A program made the position numbers and the translations under genes. A model generated the notes under the pieces. The model saw only the letters and a list, made by a program, of their open reading frames with translations. It was not told the origin of the DNA and did not search any database. Shown here in pieces: positions 9,517 to 19,979 of a stretch of DNA of 64,000 nucleotides (within the stretch, counting starts at the first letter, position 1; each line of letters starts with the position of its first letter). The stretch is from an uncultured Acidobacteriota bacterium (lineage in GTDB: Bacteria > Acidobacteriota > Blastocatellia > RBC074), in contig CAWCKY010000006.1 of the NCBI GenBank assembly GCA_963796275.1, positions 2,816,001 to 2,880,000 of the forward strand, read 5' to 3'.

Positions 9517-9996
9517 ATGACAGGAACGGCAATTACCGCAATGCTCCTGGTTGTGTTCTCTGCGCTCGTCCTGGGACAGGGCGAAAAGCCTGCTCCTAAA
9601 TTGAAGCTCAGGGATGTTGAGGGGCGCGCTCTGCGTCTGAGTGATTACAAGGGCAGAGTCGTGCTCCTCAACTTCTGGGCGACGTGGTGTGCGCCGTGCC
9701 GGGTCGAGATGCCTGACCTGGTGAAGTGGCAGCGGGAGTACAAAGGCAAGGGCCTTCAGGTTATCGGCGTCACGTACCCGCCGGAAGAATTAGCCGAGGT
9801 GCGTGAATTCATCAAAAGTATCAGAGTCAACTATCCCGTTGCTCTGGGCGAGGAACAGACGAAGGCAATGTTTGATGAAGGGGACATTCTTCCTGTCACC
9901 GTGGTGATTGATAAAAAGGGGATGATTCGTGAAGTCATCCACGGAATCATTTTCCCGGAAGAGTTTGAACATAAGGTGAAGCCGTTGCTTCGTTAG
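9517..9996 (+). CDS. TlpA/ResA-family thiol-disulfide oxidoreductase
   Basis: LNFWATWCAPCRVEMP; signal peptide. Confidence 0.9.
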   Translation: MTGTAITAMLLVVFSALVLGQGEKPAPKLKLRDVEGRALRLSDYKGRVVLLNFWATWCAPCRVEMPDLVKWQREYKGKGLQVIGVTYPPEELAEVREFIKSIRVNYPVALGEEQTKAMFDEGDILPVTVVIDKKGMIREVIHGIIFPEEFEHKVKPLLR

Positions 9997-10417
9997 ACGT
10001 CTTGCTGTTCGCCATGTTCGCAATCTCATGAGAGGGTGAGGAAGAGGGCGCGATATACCGCGAGCAAGCGCGGCATATCGCAATATTAGTCCAGATTTCG
10101 CCACCAAATATTTTTAACCAGAGATTCATCAACGGTATAAAAACGATTTTCTTGATTAGCCTGAATAGTTTATCTCAGAAATCGACGACAGAGATCACGT
10201 TTGGTCAGAGAATTGCCTCATACAACGGGGGTAATTTCTCGTCTTTTATCCATTCTCAAAACAGTGCGGCAATAGGATTCTGGCGGTGATGGTTTGATCG
10301 GATGCGCCTCTCAGTTCAGAAACTGCTTTGTAGACCTGATTGTCGCTTCCAACATTAGCATCTACGAGGCCTGGGCGCCCTAACCAGATTGTATGATTTG
10401 AAACCGGGGGTTTGACA

Positions 10418-13400
10418 ATGAAGATGGCCTGTTTCCTTTTACTCATTGCGTTTTCAACAATAAGTTTTGCGCAAAGCAACTATGTAACGATTGTCGGAAC
10501 CGTCTACGACCCGCAGAGCCGGTCTCTCCCGGGCGCGAATGTACAGATCACCTCGGCCGGCACACAGGCAATCCGTAAAGTTGTCAGTAATGAATTGGGA
10601 ATATACCGGATCACTGGTCTTCTGCCGGGTGAATATGAACTCGAGGTTACAGTCACGGGCTTTGCTTCCGTAAAGCAATCCTTGCGTCTTGAGGTCGGCC
10701 AACAGTTGACGCTCGACATTAATCTTAAGTTGGCCTCCGTTACTACCACTATTGAAGTCGGTGCGGCCGACGTTTTACGCACTACAGATTCCAGCGTCGG
10801 CGAGGTCATTGAGCCGGCCGCCATTCGTAATTTACCGCTCAACGGGCGCATGCTGATCGATCTCGTACTAACTGTGCCGGGGGCGCATCTCAGTCACGGC
10901 GCGCAGGCCGGTGATATGAATCCCTTGTATTGGCGGCCCGGACAACGTTCGTCGGTCAGTATCGGTGGAAATCGACCGAACGCGAACTACTTCCTCCTAG
11001 ACGGGGCGACCAATACCGATCCGACATTCAATACTCTGAACCTGAGCCCCTCGCCGGACGCCGTACTGGAGTTCAAGGTCCAGACCGGCAGTTATTCCGC
11101 TGAGATGGGCGGCGCCGGCGGCGGACAGATAAATATCGTTACCCGCTCGGGCTCGAACCAATTTCACGGTACTGTCTACGAATTCCTCCGCAACAGCGCG
11201 TTCGACGCCCGATCCTTCAACGAGATGGAATCAGGTAATCATCTCGTCCAAAACAATTTCGGAGCCTCGCTAGGCGGCCCCATCGTGTCCAATAAGGCTT
11301 TCTTCTTTCTTAACTATGAGGGACTGCGGCGGACGAATGCGATGACGATGGCGCAGACCGTGCCGACGGAGATGGAGGTGATGGGCGATTTCAGCATGAG
11401 CGGAACGATGATCTACAACCCGTTCAGCTCTCGGCCGAACCCGAACTTCGATTCTTCCAGGCCGATCGGTCCCACGAATTCACAGATCATCCGCGATCCG
11501 TTCCCGGATAATATGATCCCGGAAAATCTGCTCAATCCCGTAGCCGCGAAATTTCTGCAAAAGTATATGGTGCGCCCGAATATGGGGATGGACATGGGGA
11601 TGATGATGATGGGCGGGTGTGGGATGACGATGATGGGAGCTCCGACGGTTGTTGGAGGCGGCGTAGATTGCAACAACTATCTCGATGTGCGCAATGCGCG
11701 GCATGTCACGGACCAGGGTACGGCCCGCTTCGATTACAACTTAACCGGCGGAGACAGCCTGGCAGCGCGTTATTCATTGAGTAAAGAACGTGGATCTATT
11801 CCGCAAAACCTGCCAGGGTTCGGCGCATTCCACGATAACTTTTCGCAGCACGGGAGCGTCTCCTGGAACCATATCTTCAGCCCTACCGTGGTGAATACGG
11901 CATCGATCACGGTTTCCCGCCTTGCCATGCACCGGTCTTCCGAAAACAGTGAGTCGAACGACATCATCTCTGATTTGGGGATACAGGGTGTTGGCTTCGG
12001 TGGTAAGGGGGCTTTCGGCGCTCCCTGGTTCAATGTGCAGGGCTATTCGGGCATGGGCGACACATTCGCGGCCACGCCGATGCGCGCCTGGGATACGATT
12101 CTTGAACTCCGCGACCACCTGAGCTGGCAGCGCGGGCGGCACAGTCTTAAATTCGGTGGAAGCTATCGGCACTTCATATGGCCGATGTGGGGCTTCTTCC
12201 AGAACCGCGGCTATTATCAATTTACAAACGGATTCACGACTCAAACGGCGACCAACGACGGAACGGGCTCTGCTCTGGCCAGTTTTCTGTTAGGGCTGCC
12301 TGCAGTGAAGCAACGCCAGGCCGGGATCCCCCAGATGCAGCTCCGTCAATGGTATGCAGACGGTTTCGCCCAGGATACTGTTCAACTCACCCGCACGACG
12401 ACGGTCGTGGTCGGACTCCGCTATGAATACATGAACCCTTTGCGGGATCTGAAATACACGAACACCAATCTCACCTTTGAAAACGGAACGCCGTCGGTTT
12501 TCATCGGCGGCCAGCAAGGATTTCCCGAGGGGTTGATGTATGCGAAGCGGAGCAACTTCGCCCCTCGGATCGGGATCTCACAAAACATCCCTCGCTATGG
12601 CATCGTGATCCACACTGCCTACGGCATTTTCTATACGCCGGTGGATATGAACACATGGTGCAACCAGCGCCATAACGTGCCATTTGTGTTTCCGGAGACT
12701 CAGCAGAGCGACAATTTTATCCCGGCGATAAACGGGTTTGATTTCGCGCCGGCCGCGCTCGGCAGGACCACGGTCAGCTTCGCGGCTTTCGATCCGCATG
12801 CACCTTCGCAGTACATCCAGCAATGGAGCCTTTCGGTGTCCAAGAGTCTGGGGCGTGAAACCACGCTCGAGGTCGGATACCTGGGAGCGCGTGGATTGCA
12901 TCTGCAACGATCGCACTTGATTAACAATGCGCCGCCTGGCCCTGGAGCGCTTGGGCCACGCCGTCCGTTCAGGACGCTCAGTTTCCTGCCGGGAATGGAG
13001 CTGCCGTCGGACATCACGGTCATCAGTACTACATTTCCCGTGAGCGGGATAAATTTGCTTGAGAATACTGCGAGAAGCTGGTACGACGCGGGTTATGCGA
13101 ATATCAGGCGACGGTTCTCTAAAGGGATGAGCCTTCTGGCTAATTACACCTGGTCGAAGAGTCTGACGGATGCGCCCGACTTCCGCTCGCCGATGTTCGA
13201 ATCTGCCATTCCGCAGGACAACAACAACCTGTACGCTGAGAAGGGACTCGGCTGTGACATCCGCCACCGCTTTTCGCTGAGCGCTGTCTTCGATCTTCCA
13301 GGGGTAGGGAAATCGGGCAGCTTGTCGGCAATCACAAAGGGCTGGCTTCTCTCCACCATCTATCAGGTTCAGAGTGGATTCCCGTTCACCGTCTCCGTCT

Positions 13401-13792
13401 TTGGCGACACGGCGAACGCCGGAACGCTGCTCGGCGAAAATCCCATTCGGGCCAATTATACGGGACAACCGATCTTCGACGAGGGCTCGCGCACCGCGGA
13501 CCGCTGGCTCAATCCGGCTGCCTTTGCCGTCCCTCCGGCTTTTGCGTTCGGAAATGTTGGACGGAATACGGTCGTCGGACCCGGAATGCAGACGCTCGAT
13601 CTGGCCATGACGCGAGAGTTCAACATCACGGAAAAAACAAAGTTCCAGTTCCGGGCGGAGTTTTTCAACGCACTCAATCATACTAACCTGGGGACGCCTG
13701 GCCGGTTCGTGAACACGCCGCAATTCGGTGTCATCACTGAAGCCGCGACTCCCGGCCGCCAGATTCAATTCGGCGCCCGTATATCGTTTTAG
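10418..13792 (+). CDS. TonB-dependent receptor-like protein with carboxypeptidase-regulatory N-domain and a Met-rich loop
   Basis: GTVYDPQ..LPGA, NLPLNGR, EFKVQT..YSAEMG and C-terminal QIQFGARISF; Oar/Acidobacterial type. Confidence 0.9.
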   Translation: MKMACFLLLIAFSTISFAQSNYVTIVGTVYDPQSRSLPGANVQITSAGTQAIRKVVSNELGIYRITGLLPGEYELEVTVTGFASVKQSLRLEVGQQLTLDINLKLASVTTTIEVGAADVLRTTDSSVGEVIEPAAIRNLPLNGRMLIDLVLTVPGAHLSHGAQAGDMNPLYWRPGQRSSVSIGGNRPNANYFLLDGATNTDPTFNTLNLSPSPDAVLEFKVQTGSYSAEMGGAGGGQINIVTRSGSNQFHGTVYEFLRNSAFDARSFNEMESGNHLVQNNFGASLGGPIVSNKAFFFLNYEGLRRTNAMTMAQTVPTEMEVMGDFSMSGTMIYNPFSSRPNPNFDSSRPIGPTNSQIIRDPFPDNMIPENLLNPVAAKFLQKYMVRPNMGMDMGMMMMGGCGMTMMGAPTVVGGGVDCNNYLDVRNARHVTDQGTARFDYNLTGGDSLAARYSLSKERGSIPQNLPGFGAFHDNFSQHGSVSWNHIFSPTVVNTASITVSRLAMHRSSENSESNDIISDLGIQGVGFGGKGAFGAPWFNVQGYSGMGDTFAATPMRAWDTILELRDHLSWQRGRHSLKFGGSYRHFIWPMWGFFQNRGYYQFTNGFTTQTATNDGTGSALASFLLGLPAVKQRQAGIPQMQLRQWYADGFAQDTVQLTRTTTVVVGLRYEYMNPLRDLKYTNTNLTFENGTPSVFIGGQQGFPEGLMYAKRSNFAPRIGISQNIPRYGIVIHTAYGIFYTPVDMNTWCNQRHNVPFVFPETQQSDNFIPAINGFDFAPAALGRTTVSFAAFDPHAPSQYIQQWSLSVSKSLGRETTLEVGYLGARGLHLQRSHLINNAPPGPGALGPRRPFRTLSFLPGMELPSDITVISTTFPVSGINLLENTARSWYDAGYANIRRRFSKGMSLLANYTWSKSLTDAPDFRSPMFESAIPQDNNNLYAEKGLGCDIRHRFSLSAVFDLPGVGKSGSLSAITKGWLLSTIYQVQSGFPFTVSVFGDTANAGTLLGENPIRANYTGQPIFDEGSRTADRWLNPAAFAVPPAFAFGNVGRNTVVGPGMQTLDLAMTREFNITEKTKFQFRAEFFNALNHTNLGTPGRFVNTPQFGVITEAATPGRQIQFGARISF

Positions 13793-13812
13793 TTTTGCTG
13801 GGATGTGTCGGG

Positions 13813-13847
13813 TAAGCGGCGCGGGCTGTGCGCCGCTTCGTTAAGAA
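13813..13847 (+). terminator. Hairpin after the receptor gene
   Basis: aagcggcgc-gggctgt-gcgccgctt inverted repeat; weak U tract. Confidence 0.35.
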
Positions 13848-13945
13848 GTGAAACCCTAAAGAATCCTCCCAATCAATCGCAAGCTATGGTAATGGTTGTT
13901 GGTCGAAGTATTTGTCATACCAGATGAAGAGGTGAGCGCTCAACA

Positions 13946-14206
13946 ATGTCCAATGGAGAAGAGACTCTTCTAAATGAACATAACAATACGCTTCATGGCG
14001 AACAGGTTGTGCTTCGTCCAATGACCGAAAATGATTGGGATATACTGGCCAAATGGAATAGTGATTCCGAGGTCCTCTACTTTTCGGAAGGTGGTGACGT
14101 GGAATCCTATGATCTCGAAGAGGTACAAGGGATATATCGAGGGGTTTCCCAAAACGCGTTCTGCTTCATCATCGAGTTCAATGGCCAGCAAATTGGCAAA
14201 TGTTGG
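13946..14206 (+). pseudogene. GNAT acetyltransferase (RimJ/AAC(6')-like), 3' truncated
   Basis: LRPMTENDW..WNSDSEV...FIIEFNGQQIG.CWL, after which the ORF runs into the antisense of the next gene. Confidence 0.7.
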
Positions 14207-14238
14207 CTGCCGCGGTCAGGTGCAACGGCTGGTTCGGC
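14207..14238 (-). mobile_element. Half attC site (R''/L'' arm only)
   Basis: Minus strand GCCGAAC-cagccgttgcacctgaccgcggc just after the hydrolase stop; the right arm is replaced by the GNAT relic. Confidence 0.55.
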
Positions 14239-14286
14239 CTGTCTGCCAAGCGCCGTAGCGGCTACGCCTTGGCTTTCTGTTTTGCT

Positions 14287-15135
<849 letters not shown>

Positions 15136-15157
15136 GTTTGGTGTAAACTCCCATTCC

Positions 15158-15256
15158 GCCGAACGCCCAGGGTAACCCGCGTTGTGCGGCGCGAGTTGCG
15201 TGCATTACAGACCAGACCCGGACGCCGCACACGTCGGGTCGAACCGCTTGTTAGGC
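15158..15256 (-). mobile_element. Integron attC site (99 bp)
   Basis: Minus strand GCCTAAC-aagcggttcgacccgacgtgtgcggcg...cgccgcacaacgcgggttaccctgggc-GTTCGGC, directly before the RBS and ATG of the hydrolase. Confidence 0.75.
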
Positions 15257-15376
15257 CCAGCACTGTGACTACGCGTCCTTGCGAGCAATAACGAGTTGCA
15301 TTACCGATAATGCAGTGTGCCAACCCGCGGTCAATGATGCAATACCGGACTTCCGTTGCAGAGTTACCTACAGTTG

Positions 15377-15470
15377 TCAGTGCCAGTCGTAGCCACACCA
15401 CAAGCATTGCTTGGCCTGAGGCGTGGCGACAACACGCGTGCATTCGGGACACCGAGCGATGACTATTAGG
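15377..15470 (-). pseudogene. C-terminal relic of a small Zn-ribbon protein (cassette remnant)
   Basis: IARCPECTRVVATPQAKQCLWCGYDWH-stop upstream of the attC; 5' part missing. Confidence 0.55.
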
Positions 15471-15506
15471 GTGGAGTGCGATGCTAAAGAGCGTGTCTTC
15501 TAATTG

Positions 15507-15603
15507 GGGTGGCCGGGGCTGGACCGCAGGGAAGCCCCGGTGACGTTTGACGTTTCTGTAGGAAAACCGGGGCTTCGCGAGTACGCTCCAGCCCCGGCCA
15601 CCC
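15507..15603. repeat. REP-like long inverted repeat
   Basis: gggtggccggggctgga..gaagccccggt / accggggcttc..tccagccccggccaccc. Confidence 0.7.
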
Positions 15604-15710
15604 ACTGTTCTCGAATTGGAAGACATGCACGAAGAGCTGAATTCTTGCGAATCCAGCTACAAGAGGAACAACGGCGAAGAGCTCCACTCACGACTTTCAC
15701 TCGTCACCCT

Positions 15711-16541
15711 TCAGCCAGCACATCCATCGAGCAGCTTGTAGCTCATCTCCATACCATCAGTCATGCCAGTAGAGAACGCCTCGTCGCGGTCGGCCTTCGA
15801 AGCATACTTGATCGAGGTCGCCACGTTCGTGATCCCGTCGGCTTCGTGGAAGGTGACGGTCACGATCGATGGTTCACCCCCCATGGAAACGCCCAGATCA
15901 CCCGGATCGAAGATTTGGGTATGCACGATTCTCGCGTGCGGAACGACTTCCAGGACCTCGCCAGTGAATCCAAACTCCTGGCCGTTCTCGTCACTGCGCC
16001 AGCGCCAGCGATACTTGCCGCCGACGCGCATATCCATCTCGCAGACAGGCATCGACCAACCGGGGTGGCCCGAGCACCAACGACGCATCAGGTCCGGTTC
16101 CATATACGCCCGCCACACCAGTTTGACGGGAGCATCGAAGCTCCGTTTGACCAGTACTTCGGTATCTGACGGCAGGCTTGCTTCGGCGGGTTTCATTTCT
16201 TTCGCTCCTGTTTCTCGTGCTTGTTTTAACTCGGCAAGTAACGCATCGAGACGCTTGTAGTTGCCTTCCCAAATCTCCTGCACCTGCTCCAGCCAGTCGG
16301 TGACCGCCTTCAGTCGCTCCGGCACCAGTTTGCACGGCCGCAACTGGGCCTCTTTGCGACGCGAAATCAGCCCCGCAGATTCCAGCACCTTCAAGTGCGA
16401 CGAAATCGTGGGCTGCGTCAACGAGAAGCGGCCAACCAGCTCTGACACAGAGGCCTCACCGCGGGCAAGATGCACCACGATTCCTCGTCGGGTGGGATCC
16501 GCAAGAGCGGCAAAGGCTTGGTCCAGTTGTTTCATGTGCAT
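15711..16541 (-). CDS. ArsR/SmtB regulator fused to an SRPBCC (AHSA1) domain
   Basis: FAALADPTRR..SHLKVLE.AGLI followed by RSFDAPVKLVW..CEMDMRVGG.YR. Confidence 0.85.
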   Translation of the reverse strand: MHMKQLDQAFAALADPTRRGIVVHLARGEASVSELVGRFSLTQPTISSHLKVLESAGLISRRKEAQLRPCKLVPERLKAVTDWLEQVQEIWEGNYKRLDALLAELKQARETGAKEMKPAEASLPSDTEVLVKRSFDAPVKLVWRAYMEPDLMRRWCSGHPGWSMPVCEMDMRVGGKYRWRWRSDENGQEFGFTGEVLEVVPHARIVHTQIFDPGDLGVSMGGEPSIVTVTFHEADGITNVATSIKYASKADRDEAFSTGMTDGMEMSYKLLDGCAG

Positions 16542-16781
16542 AGATTACAGTCTATATAGAGAGTTGTCAATATACAACTTGAATCTCGTTCGTTCGTCGC
16601 GAGTATCTTCGGTGGCATTGAATCCCCCATTTGCCCCCTTCCCCCGTCCTGATTTGCACTTGGCAACGGTGAAGGGTCGCTGCACACTGAATTATCAAAC
16701 GTGGTCGACTGAACAGATCTGAAATCCATCCTAAGACACGGTCAGCGGCCTGGACACGAAATTCAGCGATGCCGTCTGCAA

Positions 16782-17777
16782 TTGGAATATTATTTCAGCG
16801 AGATGAAGCTTCCTTCGATCACGGTCGGCGAGATCAAGAAGTTCGCGATCTGGCTGTCTAAGATTCCCGCTCGCAGCATTATTGTTGAAGATGATAATGC
16901 AAAATTGGTTCTGAATATCAAGGAGAACGGCGGCCAGAGGAGTATTGAGTCCATCAATCGAGCGGTTGAACTATTGAGAACAGTGCTCAATTATGCGGTC
17001 GAGGAGAAGATACTCCGAGAGGAACAGAATCCTTTCTCGAAGAAGAAGGCGAGATCATTAATCGACAGACGTGCCGAGTCAAAGCGCGAGCAATTGCCGA
17101 CCTTCGGCGAAGAGATGGCGTTGCTCAAGGTTTGTACTGGAGATCGCGCTCATCTACGAGCAGTCCTCATTATCGCTGCTGATTCCGGTTTGAGAAGGAA
17201 TGAACTCTTTACTCTTTCATGGAAAGAGAAGGACATCGACTTTGAAAATCGGCTGATCAGACTCAGAGCTATCAACGCGAAATGGAATAAAGCAAGAACG
17301 ATCCCGATGACGCAGCGTGCTTACGAAGAACTGTTGAAACTCAAAGAGCAGTATGGCGATCATCCATCGGGCCTTGTGTTTGGGGGGATTAAAGAAGTGA
17401 AAAGATCATTCAATACAGCCTGTCGCTTGACGGGGATTGAAGACCTCCACAAACACGACCTCCGGCACGCATTCGTCACGCGCTCAATCCTGGCAGGCAT
17501 ACCACCGGCTATGGCTTTGAAGGCCAGCGGCCATAGTTCGGATGAATGGAAGCGATATCTCAATGTGACACCGGATATGCTTCATGATTTGTTTACGCCT
17601 CTGGAAGGCCAGGAAAGCGAGGTTGTCAAAGCTTATGGATTTGAAGTGATGCGCCAGTTGACAGAGGCGCTAATGGGATATTGGAAGACAGGGGGAAACG
17701 GCGCATTTTTCCAAGAACTGCGTGCCAGAGTTGAAATGCCAACTGGATCAGGTCAACGCCAGGCGCAAATGCCATAA
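16782..17777 (+). pseudogene. Tyrosine integrase, N-terminal ~108 aa (arm-binding region) deleted
   Basis: Catalytic R, HDLRH, GH and Y are retained; homology to 29025 starts abruptly at 16777. Confidence 0.85.
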
Positions 17778-17930
17778 TTATGGGTGGAATAATTTGCTCC
17801 ATTGAATCGTGTAAGGCTGCTACGCGAAACGTGCAGTCCGATTTTTGTCGCTGGGAGGCGTGTTCCTCGATCATTGGAGCGCCGACTCATCCGGGCGTAT
17901 ACTTTATTTGATTATGACATTTGATCGCTG

Positions 17931-18311
17931 ATGTCGGAGGTATTTATGCCAGAGATCGAAAACCCATACGCGCAAGCGACGGTCGAAAATTTTCGCCGGA
18001 CTCCGGCCAGTTTAAGGCCGCAGTTGTTAAAAATGCTCGAACGGGAACTGAACGGCGCTGAAGCCGATCAGACTGTTCCCACTTTCCGGCGAATCCCGTT
18101 CGATGATCGCTCAGAGGAGTTTCAGTGGCTGGCGCAGAACTCTGGCCGGTTTCATGGAGAATGGGTTGCCCTGTCCGGGAAGCGTCTTCTGGCTCACAAT
18201 GTCGATTACAATAAAGTCTCGCAGGAAGTGAAAAGCCTCGGCATAGATGGAGCTATGTTTATGTTCATCGAAGGCAACGGGAATGAGGATTTTGTTCGGT
18301 TCCTGCCATGA
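17931..18311 (+). CDS. DUF5678-like protein (copy 1)
   Basis: EFQWLAQN..F.GEWVALSG.RLLAH motif. Confidence 0.7.
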   Translation: MSEVFMPEIENPYAQATVENFRRTPASLRPQLLKMLERELNGAEADQTVPTFRRIPFDDRSEEFQWLAQNSGRFHGEWVALSGKRLLAHNVDYNKVSQEVKSLGIDGAMFMFIEGNGNEDFVRFLP

Positions 18312-18726
18312 CTTATCCACTCGAATTCAAACAAAAATTCGTCTATCAGGAGATAGAGCGGGGGATTTTCATTCCGCTTACGCTTGTCTATGGAGCGATA
18401 TTACCGCCTGCGGTGCAAAACTCGATACTGGAGCGGACTTTTGTTATTTCAGCCGTGAACACGCCGAAGAGATCGGACTGCAGGTCGAAGAGGGAACTAT
18501 GCTTCGCGTAGAAACAAACAGGCCTGAGCAGTCGATGATTTTTTACGGGCACGAGATCAAAATTCAAGCCCTTGGATATGAAATCGAGACGACAGTCTAT
18601 TTCTGGGAACACCATCGCTTACCGCTCAATTTGTTGGGGCGCGCTGGGTGGATCAATAAATTCAGACTCGCCCTGATTGAACACGATCTGGAATTGTATC
18701 TGTCACATCACGATGAACAATCCTGA
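18308..18726 (+). pseudogene. Retropepsin-like aspartyl protease (copy 1), 1-bp deletion near 18400
   Basis: LDTGAD and LLGR motifs; split relative to the intact copy at 30880. Confidence 0.8.
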
Positions 18727-18891
18727 ACAATGAGGGGAGGAGCGCGTATCACGTCTGATATGCCGAACGCTGACGCGCGCCGAGTATGACAGAGGGAAAA
18801 TTGGAAGGATGACTGCAACTGTTAGAGAAAAATTCGACCTGCGCAAGTATTCTCGGCTGGTGTCCAAAGTCGCGCCCCTCGTGATCGAGAA

Positions 18892-19428
18892 GCGCGCGCG
18901 CGCGTCACCGCGGGATTCGCGAACGATGTTGATGCCGTGAACCAATAAGCGGCGGTGATGTAAGCGCCAACGGCATAAGGAGCTGCATCGGAACGCCGCC
19001 GCGTCACTCCCCAAATGACCGATAGAAGCCCAAAGGTGGCAACAAACTCACTGAACATTTGTGCTGCGCCGCCCCGCGCATGGAGTGCAACTGAAAAGAG
19101 GCGCTCATCGAACATCAGGTGGGCGGGGTAGCCACCCCTACGAACGCGCCACATACTTGATCTGCAATATACGACGGAACCTCGCGCCATCGAATGCCGC
19201 CCTGTGAGGCGTCAGCGAGAGTTACTGCCGGGTTGAAGTGAGCTCCGGAGATAGGCCCGAAGGTCAGGATGAGAGCAACCAGCGCTGCGCCAGTCGCCAG
19301 GGTTGGCGAGTAACGCGATGGCGACATTACCGCCGGCCAGTCGTTCCCATGATTCCGGAACCGATCACAGTCGCCAGCAGCAGCGCCGATCCCATAGCCT
19401 CCGCGACACTTCGCCGAATAAGACTCAT
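18892..19428 (-). pseudogene. Aquaporin/MIP channel (arsenic AqpS-like), frameshifted and 3' truncated
   Basis: GPISGAHFNPAVT and WFTASTSFANPAVT motifs in different frames. Confidence 0.85.
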
Positions 19429-19901
19429 CGCTCGATCCTGTGCTCCTCAGGCTGAATGTCGACCTTCATTAAAGCCGCCGAGGAGCAACGCGGCAGCCGC
19501 CATTCCGGCGATTGTGCGAGGCGTTCGTCGTAGTCCTCACGAACTGTTACTGAGAATCCGAATTTCTTCTCGAAGAAATCCCTAGCGGTGGTCGTCAACA
19601 GTAGAGCTTCGCTGATGCCTTGCCGTGCAGCATCCTGAAGAATCGCCTCTGTCAGTCGAGTTCCGAGACCAGACCGCTGAAGCTCCGGTGTGACGGCTGC
19701 CGACCGCAGCAAGCCAAGTCTACCGTGCCGCTCGATCCCGGCGCAGCCGATCAGACGACCCTTATTGTCTCTGGCGATGAGGAAGCCACCGAGATGTTCG
19801 GCTACTCCGTCAGGAGGCAGATCGACGGTATTAAGCAGCGAAAGAATTTCCTCAAGGTCTGAAACTTCCGCCTTTGAGATCATGACTTGTGGTGATTCCA
19901 T
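19425..19901 (-). CDS. arsN2: Arsenic-resistance GNAT N-acetyltransferase (ArsN2-like)
   Basis: GLLRSAAV..GLG..L.LLTTTA.DFF..GF..C; ars cluster context. Confidence 0.7.
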   Translation of the reverse strand: MESPQVMISKAEVSDLEEILSLLNTVDLPPDGVAEHLGGFLIARDNKGRLIGCAGIERHGRLGLLRSAAVTPELQRSGLGTRLTEAILQDAARQGISEALLLTTTARDFFEKKFGFSVTVREDYDERLAQSPEWRLPRCSSAALMKVDIQPEEHRIER

Positions 19902-19979
19902 TACTGTACGCAGTTATCAAGCGATCTGTAAGCGCGCCAAGCCGCAGCATGCGGTTTCCCTCTCGAATGCGAAAGACGT

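Larger units (their letters stand above)
16777..18891 (+). repeat. ~2.1 kb near-identical copy of 29344-31462
   Basis: Colinear sequence with scattered substitutions and small indels, from the middle of the integrase to the start of higA. Confidence 0.95.

Noticed and set aside
9990-9998. GTTAGAC at the tlpA stop as an attC R' box
   Set aside because: No matching R'' box or palindrome nearby
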